64,000 bases of DNA from contig JBMDWQ010000018.1 of NCBI GenBank assembly GCA_048594675.1, forward strand, positions 13,349-77,348. The letters are read 5' to 3'. Source of the DNA: Microbacterium sp. (lineage in GTDB: Bacteria > Actinomycetota > Actinomycetes > Actinomycetales > Microbacteriaceae). The number at the start of each line of letters is the position of its first letter. Position 1 is the stretch's first letter. Both the position numbers and the translations under genes were made by a program. The notes beneath the pieces were generated by a model. The model worked only from the letters and a program-made list of their open reading frames with translations. It did not search any database and was not told where the DNA came from. Below, in pieces: positions 19,912-29,254 of this stretch.

Positions 19912-20334
19912 ATGTTCTTCGGGATCGACATGGAGAAGATCGTCATCATCGCGGTGGTGGCTGCCCTTCTTCTCGGCCCCGAGAAGCTGCCGCATTACGC
20001 CGAGCTGCTCGCGAAGTTCACGGTCCGCGCCCGTGACTGGCTCAACGGAGCCCGCTCTCGCGTCCGCGACGAGATGGGCGAGGACTTCGACGAGATCGAG
20101 TGGCGAAAGCTCGACCCGCGGCAATACGATCCACGCCGGATCATCCGCGACGCGCTCCTGGAAGACTCCCCGGCCGCCCCTGTGGCGACGTCGACCGCTG
20201 TCGCCGCCCCCGTCAGCTCCGCGTCGACCTCCGCCGTCGATGTCCCGGCGCCGGCCGATACCGCCGGTGACCCGGCACGCACGTTCCGGCCGGGCTCGGC
20301 GGACCGCGTTCCGTTCGACTCCGAGGCGACCTGA
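19912..20334 (+). CDS. tatB: Twin-arginine translocase subunit TatB
   Basis: MFFGIDMEKIVII...LLGPEKLP...KLDPRQYDPRRII...PFDSEAT; leaderless TAACCT-N6-ATG. Confidence 0.9.
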   Translation: MFFGIDMEKIVIIAVVAALLLGPEKLPHYAELLAKFTVRARDWLNGARSRVRDEMGEDFDEIEWRKLDPRQYDPRRIIRDALLEDSPAAPVATSTAVAAPVSSASTSAVDVPAPADTAGDPARTFRPGSADRVPFDSEAT

Positions 20335-20389
20335 CCGGAGCCTCAGGGCGCTCCCCGCGGTAGGAGCGGCTCCGCCGCATACGCCCGGC

Positions 20390-21598
20390 TCAGGTCACGG
20401 TGAGGGGGAGTTGCCGCGCGCGCAGGCCTCGGGGCCGAGAGGAGAGCCGCGTCGCGATGTCCTCGAGCACGCGCGCCGCCGGGTCGTCGGGATCGCTCAC
20501 GACAAGGGGAACGCCGCTGTCGCCGCCTGAGCGCACGGCGGTGCTCAGTGGCACAGATCCCCACACCTCCACAGGGTCCGGGGTCGCTCCCGCCGTTGCG
20601 TCCGCCTTCGTGGCGCGTTCCGCTGCGGAGGCGTTGAGTGCCCTGGCGACCGTCTCCCCGCCTCCGTGCCCGAACAGGTCGAGCCTCGTGCCGTCGGGGA
20701 GCGTGAGTGGGCCCATGTTCTCGATCACGCCGACCACTCGCTGACCGGTCTGGCGGGCGAGCAGCCCGCTGCGCACCGCGACCTCGGCAGCGGCGGCCTG
20801 TGGCGTGGTGACGACCACCACCTCGGCGTGTGGCAGCAGCTGTCCCACGGTGATCGCGATGTCCCCCGTCCCGGGTGGCATGTCGATCAACAGCACGTCG
20901 AGGTCGCCGAAGAAGACCTCGGTGAGGAACTGCTGGATCGTGCGGTGGAGCATCGGACCGCGCCAGGCGACCGCGGCGGGCGCGCCGGGAGGAAGGAACA
21001 TGCCGATCGAGATGGCTTTGACACCGAATGCGACCGGGGGGAGCATGAGGTCGCCCACGCGGGTGGGCTGCGGGGGGAGGCCATCGTCGCCCACGAGACC
21101 GAGGAGCGCGGGGATCGAGAACCCATGCACGTCCGCGTCGATCACTCCGACGGCGAGCCCGCGCGCGGCAAGGGCCACCGCCAGGTTCGCGGTCACGGTG
21201 GATTTGCCGACGCCGCCCTTGCCGCTGGTGATCGCGATCACCCGCGTGAGCGAATCGGGTCCGAACGGCATCCGTCGGGTGCCGCCGCGCAGGCGCTCGA
21301 CGAGGGCGGTGCGCTCCGCGGGACTCATCACGCCGACCTCGACATCGACCTCGTCGATGCCGGGGACGCTGGCGGCCGCGGCGCGCACGTCACGTTCGAT
21401 GCGATCGGCGGCCGGGCAACCGACGATCGTCAAGGCGATCGAGACGGTCGCCCGTTCCCCCGAGACGTCGATCGCTCGGACCATGTCCAGCTCTCCGATC
21501 GGCCGACGCAACTCCGGATCCATCACGGCGGCGACCGCGCCGCGGACCGCCGCGACCTGCTCGTCGTACGGAGAGGGGGACGTGGGGCCGGTGCTCAT
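20390..21598 (-). CDS. mrp: Mrp/NBP35 (ApbC) Fe-S carrier ATPase with N-terminal DUF59/MIP18 domain
   Basis: VMDPELRR, TIVGCP, SGKGGVGKST, DADVHGFS, WRGPML, DMPPGTGD, ENM. Confidence 0.93.
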   Translation of the reverse strand: MSTGPTSPSPYDEQVAAVRGAVAAVMDPELRRPIGELDMVRAIDVSGERATVSIALTIVGCPAADRIERDVRAAAASVPGIDEVDVEVGVMSPAERTALVERLRGGTRRMPFGPDSLTRVIAITSGKGGVGKSTVTANLAVALAARGLAVGVIDADVHGFSIPALLGLVGDDGLPPQPTRVGDLMLPPVAFGVKAISIGMFLPPGAPAAVAWRGPMLHRTIQQFLTEVFFGDLDVLLIDMPPGTGDIAITVGQLLPHAEVVVVTTPQAAAAEVAVRSGLLARQTGQRVVGVIENMGPLTLPDGTRLDLFGHGGGETVARALNASAAERATKADATAGATPDPVEVWGSVPLSTAVRSGGDSGVPLVVSDPDDPAARVLEDIATRLSSRPRGLRARQLPLTVT

Positions 21599-22152
21599 GC
21601 CCGGGCGTCGCCGGTCGGCGCGTCGAGCGGGGAGTCCGCCGCCGCCCGGGCATCGAGGTGGTCGATGAGCCGCGCGAGCTCCTGGCGGAGGGTGTCCTTG
21701 CTGACCAGCTCGTCGGTCAGGTGAGTCAGGCTCATCCGGAGTGCGACGACCTCGCGCGCCAGGTACTCGGTGTCGGCGAGGTTTCGCTCCGCACGCTGCC
21801 GGTCCTGCTCGATCTGGACGCGGTCGCGATCGTCCTGACGGTTCTGCGCCAACAGGATCAGGGGTGCGGCGTACGACGCCTGCAGCGACAGGATGAGCGT
21901 GAGAGCGGTGAACCCCAGCGCTGCCGAATCGAATCGCCACCAGCCGTTGGCCTCGGCGACCACGGTGTAGGTCATCCACAGAGCGCAGAACAAGGTGAGC
22001 AGCAAGAGGAACGTCGGGGTTCCCATCGCGCGCGCGATCCACTCCGTGAATCGGCCGAAACGGTCACGGGAGGGCTGAGGCGGCCGTGCCCGCAGGGCGG
22101 TGCGGCCCAAAGGAGCGTCGAGGGACGCCTGACGCGTCGTGCGTGCCATCAT
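21595..22152 (-). CDS. DUF1003 membrane protein
   Basis: FGRFTEWIARAMGT, LSLQASYAAPLILLAQNRQDDRDR; ATGA overlaps on both sides. Confidence 0.88.
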   Translation of the reverse strand: MMARTTRQASLDAPLGRTALRARPPQPSRDRFGRFTEWIARAMGTPTFLLLLTLFCALWMTYTVVAEANGWWRFDSAALGFTALTLILSLQASYAAPLILLAQNRQDDRDRVQIEQDRQRAERNLADTEYLAREVVALRMSLTHLTDELVSKDTLRQELARLIDHLDARAAADSPLDAPTGDARA

Positions 22153-23417
22153 CGCCTCCCCGCTGTTGCCGTAGCCGCCTGCTCGCCGTCGTTCGAGCGC
22201 CAGTCCTCCGGCAACAGGTAGTCCAGCACATCGTCGACGCTCACCACCCCGACGAGCCGATGTGCCGCATCGACCACGGGCAACGACACGAGGTTGTAGC
22301 TGGCGAGCAGTCGCGCGACCTCTGCGGCGGAACCGGTCACCGGCACCGCGTCGGCGGTGTCGTCGATGATCGCGCCGAGCCGCTCATGCGGGGGGTAGCG
22401 GAGCATTCGCTGGAAGTGGACCGTCCCGAGGAGCCTGCCCGTCGGGGTCTCGTAGGGCGGCAGCGTGACGAAGACGGCGGCAGCCAGGGCCGGATGCAGC
22501 TCGTGTCGCCGGATGAGGGCCAGAGCCTCGGCGACGGTCGCGTCTGCCGACAGCACGATCGGCTCGCTCGTCATGAGGCCGCCGGCGGTGTCGGGGCCGT
22601 ACTTCAGCAGCTCGCGGACGTCTTCGGCCTCTTCGGGCTCCATCAGCTCCAGCAGCTCTTCGCGCTGCTGCTCGGGCAGCTGGGCCAGGACGTCGGCGGC
22701 GTCGTCGGGCTCCATCTGATCGAGGATGTCGGCGGCACGCTCGTCGCCGAGCGCTTCGAGGATGTGCACCTGGTCGTCCTCGGGCATCTCCTCGAGGGCG
22801 TCGGCGAGACGTCCGTCCGGCAGCTCTTCGGCCACTTCGAGCAGGCGCTCCTCCGGGAGATCGAGGAGTGTGTTCGCCAGATCGGCCGGCTTCAACTCGG
22901 AGTAGCTCGCCACGAGCTGCTCTGCGGACTGGGCCTGGCCGGGTGTCTGCTGCTCGCGCACGTCTCGCCACTGCGCGAACGTCGTCGGGCCCTTCGCGAA
23001 GGGGGACGCGCTGGTCTTCGGCTTGCGGAGGAACAGCTGACCGATGTCCCACTCGCCGAGGCGGTTGCGCTCGATGGCGACGTCTTCGATCACGCCTTCG
23101 CCGGAGCCGTCACGGAAGTACACCTTGCGCCCGAGGAGCTCCGCCATCACGCGCACCTCGCCGCCACGCTGCTGGAATCGACGCACGTTGATGAGTCCCG
23201 TCGTGATCACCTGACCGGTCGCGATCGAGGTGACCCGTCCGATGGAGAGGAAAACGTGACGGCGTCCGGGGATCTCCACCACGAGCCCGACGACTCGAGG
23301 CGGATCGTCTTTTCGGAAGATGACGACGACATCCCGGACCTTGCCGAGCCGGTCGCCGGCGGGGTCGAAGACGGCGCACCCGACCAGGCGCGCGACAAAA
23401 ACCCGCTGCGTACTCAC
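22149..23417 (-). CDS. Soluble PRC-barrel / MgtE N-domain / CBS-pair protein (no MgtE membrane domain)
   Basis: VFDPAGDRLGKVRDVV PRC, ADLANTL...MEPDDAADVL MgtE_N, TAGGLMT and CBS pair ending VSVDDVLD; leaderless TACGCT-N6-GTG. Confidence 0.85.
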   Translation of the reverse strand: MSTQRVFVARLVGCAVFDPAGDRLGKVRDVVVIFRKDDPPRVVGLVVEIPGRRHVFLSIGRVTSIATGQVITTGLINVRRFQQRGGEVRVMAELLGRKVYFRDGSGEGVIEDVAIERNRLGEWDIGQLFLRKPKTSASPFAKGPTTFAQWRDVREQQTPGQAQSAEQLVASYSELKPADLANTLLDLPEERLLEVAEELPDGRLADALEEMPEDDQVHILEALGDERAADILDQMEPDDAADVLAQLPEQQREELLELMEPEEAEDVRELLKYGPDTAGGLMTSEPIVLSADATVAEALALIRRHELHPALAAAVFVTLPPYETPTGRLLGTVHFQRMLRYPPHERLGAIIDDTADAVPVTGSAAEVARLLASYNLVSLPVVDAAHRLVGVVSVDDVLDYLLPEDWRSNDGEQAATATAGRR

Positions 23418-23526
23418 CCGTCCAGCGTAGCCCGCACCCACGGCGCCCGGCCGGTCCCGCGCCGCCCGCGGGCGAGGGACGCGGGGAGCCTTTGGTCCTG
23501 CTCCTCCGGTGGCGTGGCGTGCGAAG

Positions 23527-24153
23527 ATGGACGGTGTGAGCATGATGGGTGGTGCGCCGCAGGAGCACGGCGAGACGATCGCCGAGTTCTCCTCCTATGA
23601 GGGCGCGCAGAAAGCGGTGTCGCAGCTCATCGCGAGCGAGGTTCCCGCCAAGGACATCGCGATCGTCGGCCGGGGGCTTCGTTCGGTGGAGACCGTGACG
23701 GGCCGGCTCGGCTATGCGGCGGCCGCCCGCACCGGCGCGATCAACGGCATCCTCCTGGGTCTGCTGTTCTCGGCGATCTTCGTCCTGGGAACCCCCAACG
23801 CCGCGATCCAGTTGTTCGTCGGGGTGATGTTCGTCGGCATCGCGATCGGCATGCTCATGAGCATCGTCACCTACTCATTGCTCCGTCGTCGGCGGGACTT
23901 CACATCGATCACGCAGGTCGTCGCCGATCACTACGAGGTCACGGTGCTGCCCCGTTCGCTGCCGCGGGCGCGTGAGATCCTCGGAGCGCGGGCCCGTTCC
24001 TCCGCACCGGTGGCACCGCCGGTGGACGCGCCGCTTCCTCCGCCGAAGTACGGAGAACGCATCGACCTGCCGGCGCCGACGTCCGACGCCCCGGCCTCCG
24101 GGACCGACGACTCCGGAACCGACCCCGCGCCGGAGCAGAAGCCCGCGACGTGA
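23527..24153 (+). CDS. General stress protein (YflT/17M-like domain) with two TM helices
   Basis: IAEFSSYEGAQKAVSQL...IAIVG...VETVTGRLGY, RRDFTS...YEV; start uncertain (23527, 23536 or 23542). Confidence 0.75.
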   Translation: MDGVSMMGGAPQEHGETIAEFSSYEGAQKAVSQLIASEVPAKDIAIVGRGLRSVETVTGRLGYAAAARTGAINGILLGLLFSAIFVLGTPNAAIQLFVGVMFVGIAIGMLMSIVTYSLLRRRRDFTSITQVVADHYEVTVLPRSLPRAREILGARARSSAPVAPPVDAPLPPPKYGERIDLPAPTSDAPASGTDDSGTDPAPEQKPAT

Positions 24154-24830
24154 CCTCGGTCCTCGTCGAGCTGCCCTCGGGAGATGTCGAGGTCCGCACC
24201 GCGGTCGACCCCGCTCGCGGTCGTGCCGGGAGCCCGCGGGGGATCATCGTCCTCGCCCACGGCGCCGGGGCAGGCATGGATCATCCTTTCCTGGCCGGCG
24301 TCGCCGACACGTTTGCCGGGGCCGGCTTCGATGTCGTCCGGTTCGCGTTCCCCTACGCGCAGCGGGGTCGACGGATGCCCGGGCCGGCTGCTCACGCGGT
24401 CGCGGCCTGGCGTGCCGTGTTCACTGACGCGGCGCGGCGTCAGCCCGATGTTCCGGTGATCGCGGTCGGTCGATCGTACGGGGGACGAATGGCGTCGATG
24501 GCTGCCGCAGAGGGGGTCATCGCTCCGGCCGCGCTGGCCTACCTCGGGTACCCGCTGCATCCCCCTGGTGCACCCGAGAAGCTTCGTGCTGACCACCTTC
24601 CTGCCATCGCAGCGCCGCAGCTCTTCGTCTCGGGAACCGCCGATCCCTTCCTCCAACCGCTCGAACAGTTCACGGCCGTGGCGGATGGATTGTCGCGGGC
24701 GAGCATCCTCTGGGTGGAGGGCGCGCGGCACTCCTTCGAGGTGAAGGGCGCGACGCGCGAGTCCGCGGTGATCGGTGCGGACATCGCCCGACTCGTCGAT
24801 CCGTGGTTGGCGGAGGTGCTGGGCGTGTAG
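24150..24830 (+). CDS. Alpha/beta hydrolase (KANSL3-like / Abhydrolase_11)
   Basis: LAHGAGAGMDH, GRSYGGR nucleophile elbow, GYPLHPPG, GTADPF, GARHSF. Confidence 0.85.
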   Translation: MTSVLVELPSGDVEVRTAVDPARGRAGSPRGIIVLAHGAGAGMDHPFLAGVADTFAGAGFDVVRFAFPYAQRGRRMPGPAAHAVAAWRAVFTDAARRQPDVPVIAVGRSYGGRMASMAAAEGVIAPAALAYLGYPLHPPGAPEKLRADHLPAIAAPQLFVSGTADPFLQPLEQFTAVADGLSRASILWVEGARHSFEVKGATRESAVIGADIARLVDPWLAEVLGV

Positions 24831-24888
24831 AGCGCCCAGGTTCTCGGGTCGGGGTCTCGTCGGGCGGGACGGCGAGAGGGCAGCCCCG

Positions 24889-26703
24889 TCACCGTCCGGC
24901 GGCGTAGCCGGCCTGGCCTCGCGGGTTCGCGGCGGCCCAGAGCCTGGGCGCCTCGTCGGTCGACCCGGGTTCACGCCCGACGGCGCTGAGCCGGCCGAGG
25001 CTCCAGCCGCCGGCCACGGTCACGTCATGGCCGCGCGCCCGAAGTCCCTCGATCACGTCGGTGCCGAGTCGCTCTTCGAGCGTCACCCCGGCCGGTTCCC
25101 ACTGGCGGGGCCAGAACGAGTCCACGAGCGCGGTCGTGTGAAGAGTCGGCGCGTCGATCGCCTCCTGAGCGTGGTATCCGCCGACCAGCATGCGTAGGAG
25201 CATCGGCAGCTGCCACTGCTCCTGCTGATCGCCTCCCGGAGTGCCCATCGCGATGACCGCTCCACGCTCCGAGAACACGAGCGTGGGGGTCAGGGTGGTG
25301 CGGGGGCGCCTTCCGGGGCGCAGCGCCGAGGGCGACGACTCATCGAGCCAGCACATCTGCAGCCGCGTGCCGAGGCAGAAGCCGAGCTCCGGCACCGCGG
25401 GGGAGGACTGTAGCCATCCACCCGATGGTGTGACCGAGACGATATTCCCCCACCGGTCGACCACGTCGATGTGGCAGGTGTCACCGCGGGTCGATCCCGA
25501 CGCGTCGACGGTCGGCTCGCCGGCCCCCGGTGTCGGCCGGGACGCCGCGGTCCGCGTCAAGGGTGGACGAAACGGCGTGAACCCCGCGGGCGAGCCGGGC
25601 CGCCACTGCCGGGAGGCGCGGTCGCCGATGAGGTCCCGCCGCTGTGCGATGTAGTCCTCGTCGAGGAGCGCAGTGACATCGACTCCGTCGCCGAAGTGCG
25701 CGTCGCGGTCGGCGAGCGCGAGCTTCAGGGCCTCGACGATCCTATGGGCGCCGTCGGGCGTGGCCGGATCGATCTCGTCGTCGGAGAAGGGTTCGAGGAT
25801 CTTCAGCGCCTGCAGGAGCGCGGGTCCCTGCGTCCAGCTCCCCGCCTTGAAAACCGTCGCACCGCGGAACGACGCGCTGACGGGATCCTCGTACCCGGCC
25901 CGGAAGGCCTCGATGTCATCCCGGCTGAGAACGCCCGCGTGGTCGCTGCCCGTGGAGTGCCGGTGCGGCTGCGCGACCAGATCGACGGCATGCCCGAGCA
26001 GTTCCCGCCAGGCGCGCCGGGCTGCATCGATGCGATCGGCACGGCGCGTCGCACCGCCTTCCTCTCCCTGGGCCGTGGCGGACGCGGCTGCGCCGAGGTG
26101 GTCGAGAACGTCGGCATAAGCGGGATTACGGACGATCTCGCCGGGAGCCGGAACACGCCCATCGGTGAGCCACCGCGCGGCGGAGGTCGGCCAATGATGC
26201 TGGAACAGCTCGCGCACTCGGCCGATCGTCTCCGCGGCGGAGGGCAGGAGCGGGTGTCCCGCGCGTGCGTAGGCGATCGCCGGCGCCAGGACGTCGGAGA
26301 GCTCCCACGTGCCGTGATCGCGGAGAAGGAGCAGCCAGGCATCAACGGCCCCGGGAACGGCTGCCGCCAGGCCGCCCGCGCCCGGGACGAGGTCGAGTCC
26401 CTCGGAGCGGAAGTGCGCGATGGTCGCCCGCGACGGCGCGGGGCCCTGGCCCATGAGCACGCGCGTCGAGCCCGAGTCCGCGGTCGTGAACAACCCCACC
26501 AGGTCGCCTCCGGGACCGTTCAAGTGGGGCTCGACGACGTGGAGCACGAATCCTCCCGCCACGACGGCGTCGAACGCATTGCCGCCGCGCTCCAGCACCG
26601 ATTGGGCGGCACCGGTGGCGAGCCAATGGGTGGAGGCGCTGAAACCGAACGACCCCTGGAGAAGGGGCCGGGTCGTCGCGGCCGGCGGCGGCGTGTAGGT
26701 CAC
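24889..26703 (-). CDS. ggt: Gamma-glutamyltransferase family Ntn-hydrolase
   Basis: GGNAFDA, EPHLNGPGGD, nucleophile GD-TCHIDVVD, RPRTTLTP, GTPGGDQQ. Confidence 0.9.
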   Translation of the reverse strand: MTYTPPPAATTRPLLQGSFGFSASTHWLATGAAQSVLERGGNAFDAVVAGGFVLHVVEPHLNGPGGDLVGLFTTADSGSTRVLMGQGPAPSRATIAHFRSEGLDLVPGAGGLAAAVPGAVDAWLLLLRDHGTWELSDVLAPAIAYARAGHPLLPSAAETIGRVRELFQHHWPTSAARWLTDGRVPAPGEIVRNPAYADVLDHLGAAASATAQGEEGGATRRADRIDAARRAWRELLGHAVDLVAQPHRHSTGSDHAGVLSRDDIEAFRAGYEDPVSASFRGATVFKAGSWTQGPALLQALKILEPFSDDEIDPATPDGAHRIVEALKLALADRDAHFGDGVDVTALLDEDYIAQRRDLIGDRASRQWRPGSPAGFTPFRPPLTRTAASRPTPGAGEPTVDASGSTRGDTCHIDVVDRWGNIVSVTPSGGWLQSSPAVPELGFCLGTRLQMCWLDESSPSALRPGRRPRTTLTPTLVFSERGAVIAMGTPGGDQQEQWQLPMLLRMLVGGYHAQEAIDAPTLHTTALVDSFWPRQWEPAGVTLEERLGTDVIEGLRARGHDVTVAGGWSLGRLSAVGREPGSTDEAPRLWAAANPRGQAGYAAGR

Positions 26704-28124
26704 GACGACAGGCGCGCGATCCAGGCCTCGACCTCGTCGGCCGTCCGTGGGATCCCCGCCGACAGGTTCACCGGGCCGTCGGCCGTCATGACGATGTCGT
26801 CTTCGATCCGGACACCGATTCCGCGGTACTCCTCCGGGACGGTGAGGTCATCGATCTGGAAATAGAGGCCCGGCTCGATCGTGAACACCATCCCGGGCTC
26901 CAGGATGCCGTCGTAGTACATTTCGCGGCGCGCCTGCGCGCAGTCGTGGACGTCGATCCCGAGGTGGTGACTGGTGCCGTGGACCATGTACCGGCGGTGC
27001 TGGCCGCCGAGGTCTGCGTCCAGGGCCTCCTCCGCGCTGACCGGGAGCAGGCCCCACTCCGCGACGCGCTGCGCGATGACCGACATCGCCGCCTCGTGGA
27101 CGGTACGGAACTTGACTCCGGGGCGGGCGGCCGCGAATGCCGCGTCCGCTGCTTCGCGCACCGTCTCGTAGATCCGGCGCTGGATCGGCGTGAAGGTCCC
27201 CGAGACCGGGAGCGTCCGGGTGATGTCGGCGGTGTAGAGGCTGTCCACCTCGACCCCGGCGTCGATCAGGATCAGGTCCCCGGGGACCACCGGCCCGTCG
27301 TTGCGAGTCCAGTGGAGGTAGCAGGCGTGAGGCCCCGACGCCGCGATGGTGTCGTATCCTTCTCCGTTGCCGTCGGTCCGGGCCCGCAGGTGGAACACGC
27401 CTTCCACGACGCGTTCGCCACGTTCGGTCGCGATGATGCGGGGCAGGTCGGCGACGATGTCGTCGAAGCCTCGGGCCGTCGCGGCGACGGCCTCGCGAAG
27501 CTGGCCCAGCTCGTAGTCGTCTTTGACGAGACGGAGCTCGGAGAGGAACCTCGTCAGGTCGGCGTCGTCTTCCAGACGCACATCATCGTCGTGGGCCTCG
27601 AAGGACGCGAGGTGCTCGGTGTCGATGCCGAGGTCCGCGGCGACGCCGGCCAGCGACGGCCGGGGACCGATCCAGAACTCACCTACGGAGGCATCGGCGT
27701 AGAACTCCGCGGTCGTCCGATCGGCGCGCTCGCGAAGATAGAGCGTGACCCGATGGCCGTCATCCGTGGGGTCGAAGACCAGTACCGAGTCGGGAACCGT
27801 GTCGGCGGCCCACCCCGTGAGGTGGGAGAACGCGGAATGTGCGCGGAACGGATAATCGGTGTCGTTCGAGCGCTGCTTGGCCGACCCCGCCGGGATCACC
27901 AATCGACGGCCAGCGAATGCGGCGGACACGGCGGCGCGCCGGGCAGCGGTGAAGGCCGACTGTGCGCGGGCGGGGGAAGGAGCCGTCTCGCGGTCCGCCC
28001 ATCCCTCCGAGATCGTCTCCAGGAAGCCTTGCGGGAATGGCTGCTTGCGGTTGGTGTTCTCCGCCGGCGTCGTCTCGGTGTCGACGGGGGTCTCCGCGAT
28101 CGTGTCGCTGTCGCTCGTGGTCAT
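26700..28124 (-). CDS. pepP: Xaa-Pro aminopeptidase (aminopeptidase P)
   Basis: IDAGVE, TADITRT, HGTSHHLGIDVHD, TIEPGLY, RIEDD metal-ligand motifs. Confidence 0.92.
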   Translation of the reverse strand: MTTSDSDTIAETPVDTETTPAENTNRKQPFPQGFLETISEGWADRETAPSPARAQSAFTAARRAAVSAAFAGRRLVIPAGSAKQRSNDTDYPFRAHSAFSHLTGWAADTVPDSVLVFDPTDDGHRVTLYLRERADRTTAEFYADASVGEFWIGPRPSLAGVAADLGIDTEHLASFEAHDDDVRLEDDADLTRFLSELRLVKDDYELGQLREAVAATARGFDDIVADLPRIIATERGERVVEGVFHLRARTDGNGEGYDTIAASGPHACYLHWTRNDGPVVPGDLILIDAGVEVDSLYTADITRTLPVSGTFTPIQRRIYETVREAADAAFAAARPGVKFRTVHEAAMSVIAQRVAEWGLLPVSAEEALDADLGGQHRRYMVHGTSHHLGIDVHDCAQARREMYYDGILEPGMVFTIEPGLYFQIDDLTVPEEYRGIGVRIEDDIVMTADGPVNLSAGIPRTADEVEAWIARLSS

Positions 28125-28162
28125 GGCACCAGTCTCCCACCCCGTGTCGCGCTGCGGGGTGT

Positions 28163-29197
28163 TCAGCCCTCGGAGCGCTCGAACTGCACGACGACGGGAC
28201 GATGGTCGCTGCCGGCGCCGTCGAGCGAACCGATCACGACCGATGCGCGGGGCGTCCAGGCCTCTGTCGCCATGATGTGATCGATCGGGGCCCCCAGCAG
28301 TCCCGGCCAGTCGGTGGACCAGGTGCCGATGCCGCCGGTGCCGGTGGCGGAGGCCGCGTCGAGGCACTTGCCGAGCGTGCCGCCGTCGGTGCCGAGGCGG
28401 TCCATGTGGTCGACCGTCGCGTTGAAGTCGCCGGCGAGGATGACGTTGTCGGCGGCGCATTGATCGGCGATCCATTGCAGGTCGCTGCGCCAGGCCTCCA
28501 TCGCGTCCTGCCGAGGCGCGACGGCGTGAACGGCGACCACGATCGGACCGTCTCCGTCGACGGGCATCGCGACGACGCTCGGAACGGCCGAGGTGTTGCT
28601 GGCGCCGCCGGCGGTCGACTCGACCAGCGCGTAGTCCCCGAGGTCGGGGGAGATGAGAAGCGTCGTGGAGTTCGCATCCCAATCGGGATAGTCCTCACGG
28701 TCGCCGAAGTTCTCGTGGTGGGCCCACATCGGGTGTCCCATCTCCCGCATCGCGACGGCGACCTCCTTGCCCGACTCGATCGTGGTCTCGGGGAGCGCGA
28801 CGATGTCGGCGCGCATGGCGACGGCGGTCTGGGCGATGACCGCGGGATCGGTCGCCGATCCCGCGGTGTTCCAGGTCATCACGCGCAAGGAGTCCGCCGT
28901 CTTTTCCGGAAGCTCGGTCCCGCCGATGCCGCGCGAGATCAGGATGGCGGCGTTTGCGCCACCGGCGGCGACCGCGATGACCAGGAGCGACGCGGCGAAC
29001 GCCCGCGCGGAGCGGGCGAGCAGAAGCAGGAGCGAGAGCAGCGCGATCACCGCGAATGCGGCGACGAGGGCGCCCCGCAGCGAGACGATCTGGGCGACGG
29101 GGAACGTGCGTTCGAGGCGGAAGAACTGCGGCCAGGTGATGATCGCGGCGGCGATGGCGAACAGCACCGTCACCAGGACTCCGAACGCACGCACCAC
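28163..29197 (-). CDS. Membrane-anchored endonuclease/exonuclease/phosphatase family protein
   Basis: Three N-terminal TMs; TWNT, LPET, AGDFNAT, IDHIM, SDHRPV; leaderless TAGAGT-N7-GTG. Confidence 0.85.
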   Translation of the reverse strand: MVRAFGVLVTVLFAIAAAIITWPQFFRLERTFPVAQIVSLRGALVAAFAVIALLSLLLLLARSARAFAASLLVIAVAAGGANAAILISRGIGGTELPEKTADSLRVMTWNTAGSATDPAVIAQTAVAMRADIVALPETTIESGKEVAVAMREMGHPMWAHHENFGDREDYPDWDANSTTLLISPDLGDYALVESTAGGASNTSAVPSVVAMPVDGDGPIVVAVHAVAPRQDAMEAWRSDLQWIADQCAADNVILAGDFNATVDHMDRLGTDGGTLGKCLDAASATGTGGIGTWSTDWPGLLGAPIDHIMATEAWTPRASVVIGSLDGAGSDHRPVVVQFERSEG

Positions 29198-29254
29198 GCG
29201 CCCGACTCTATGTCAGCAGCCTGGGAGTTCTCGGCATCGCGATACCCTCTGAGG

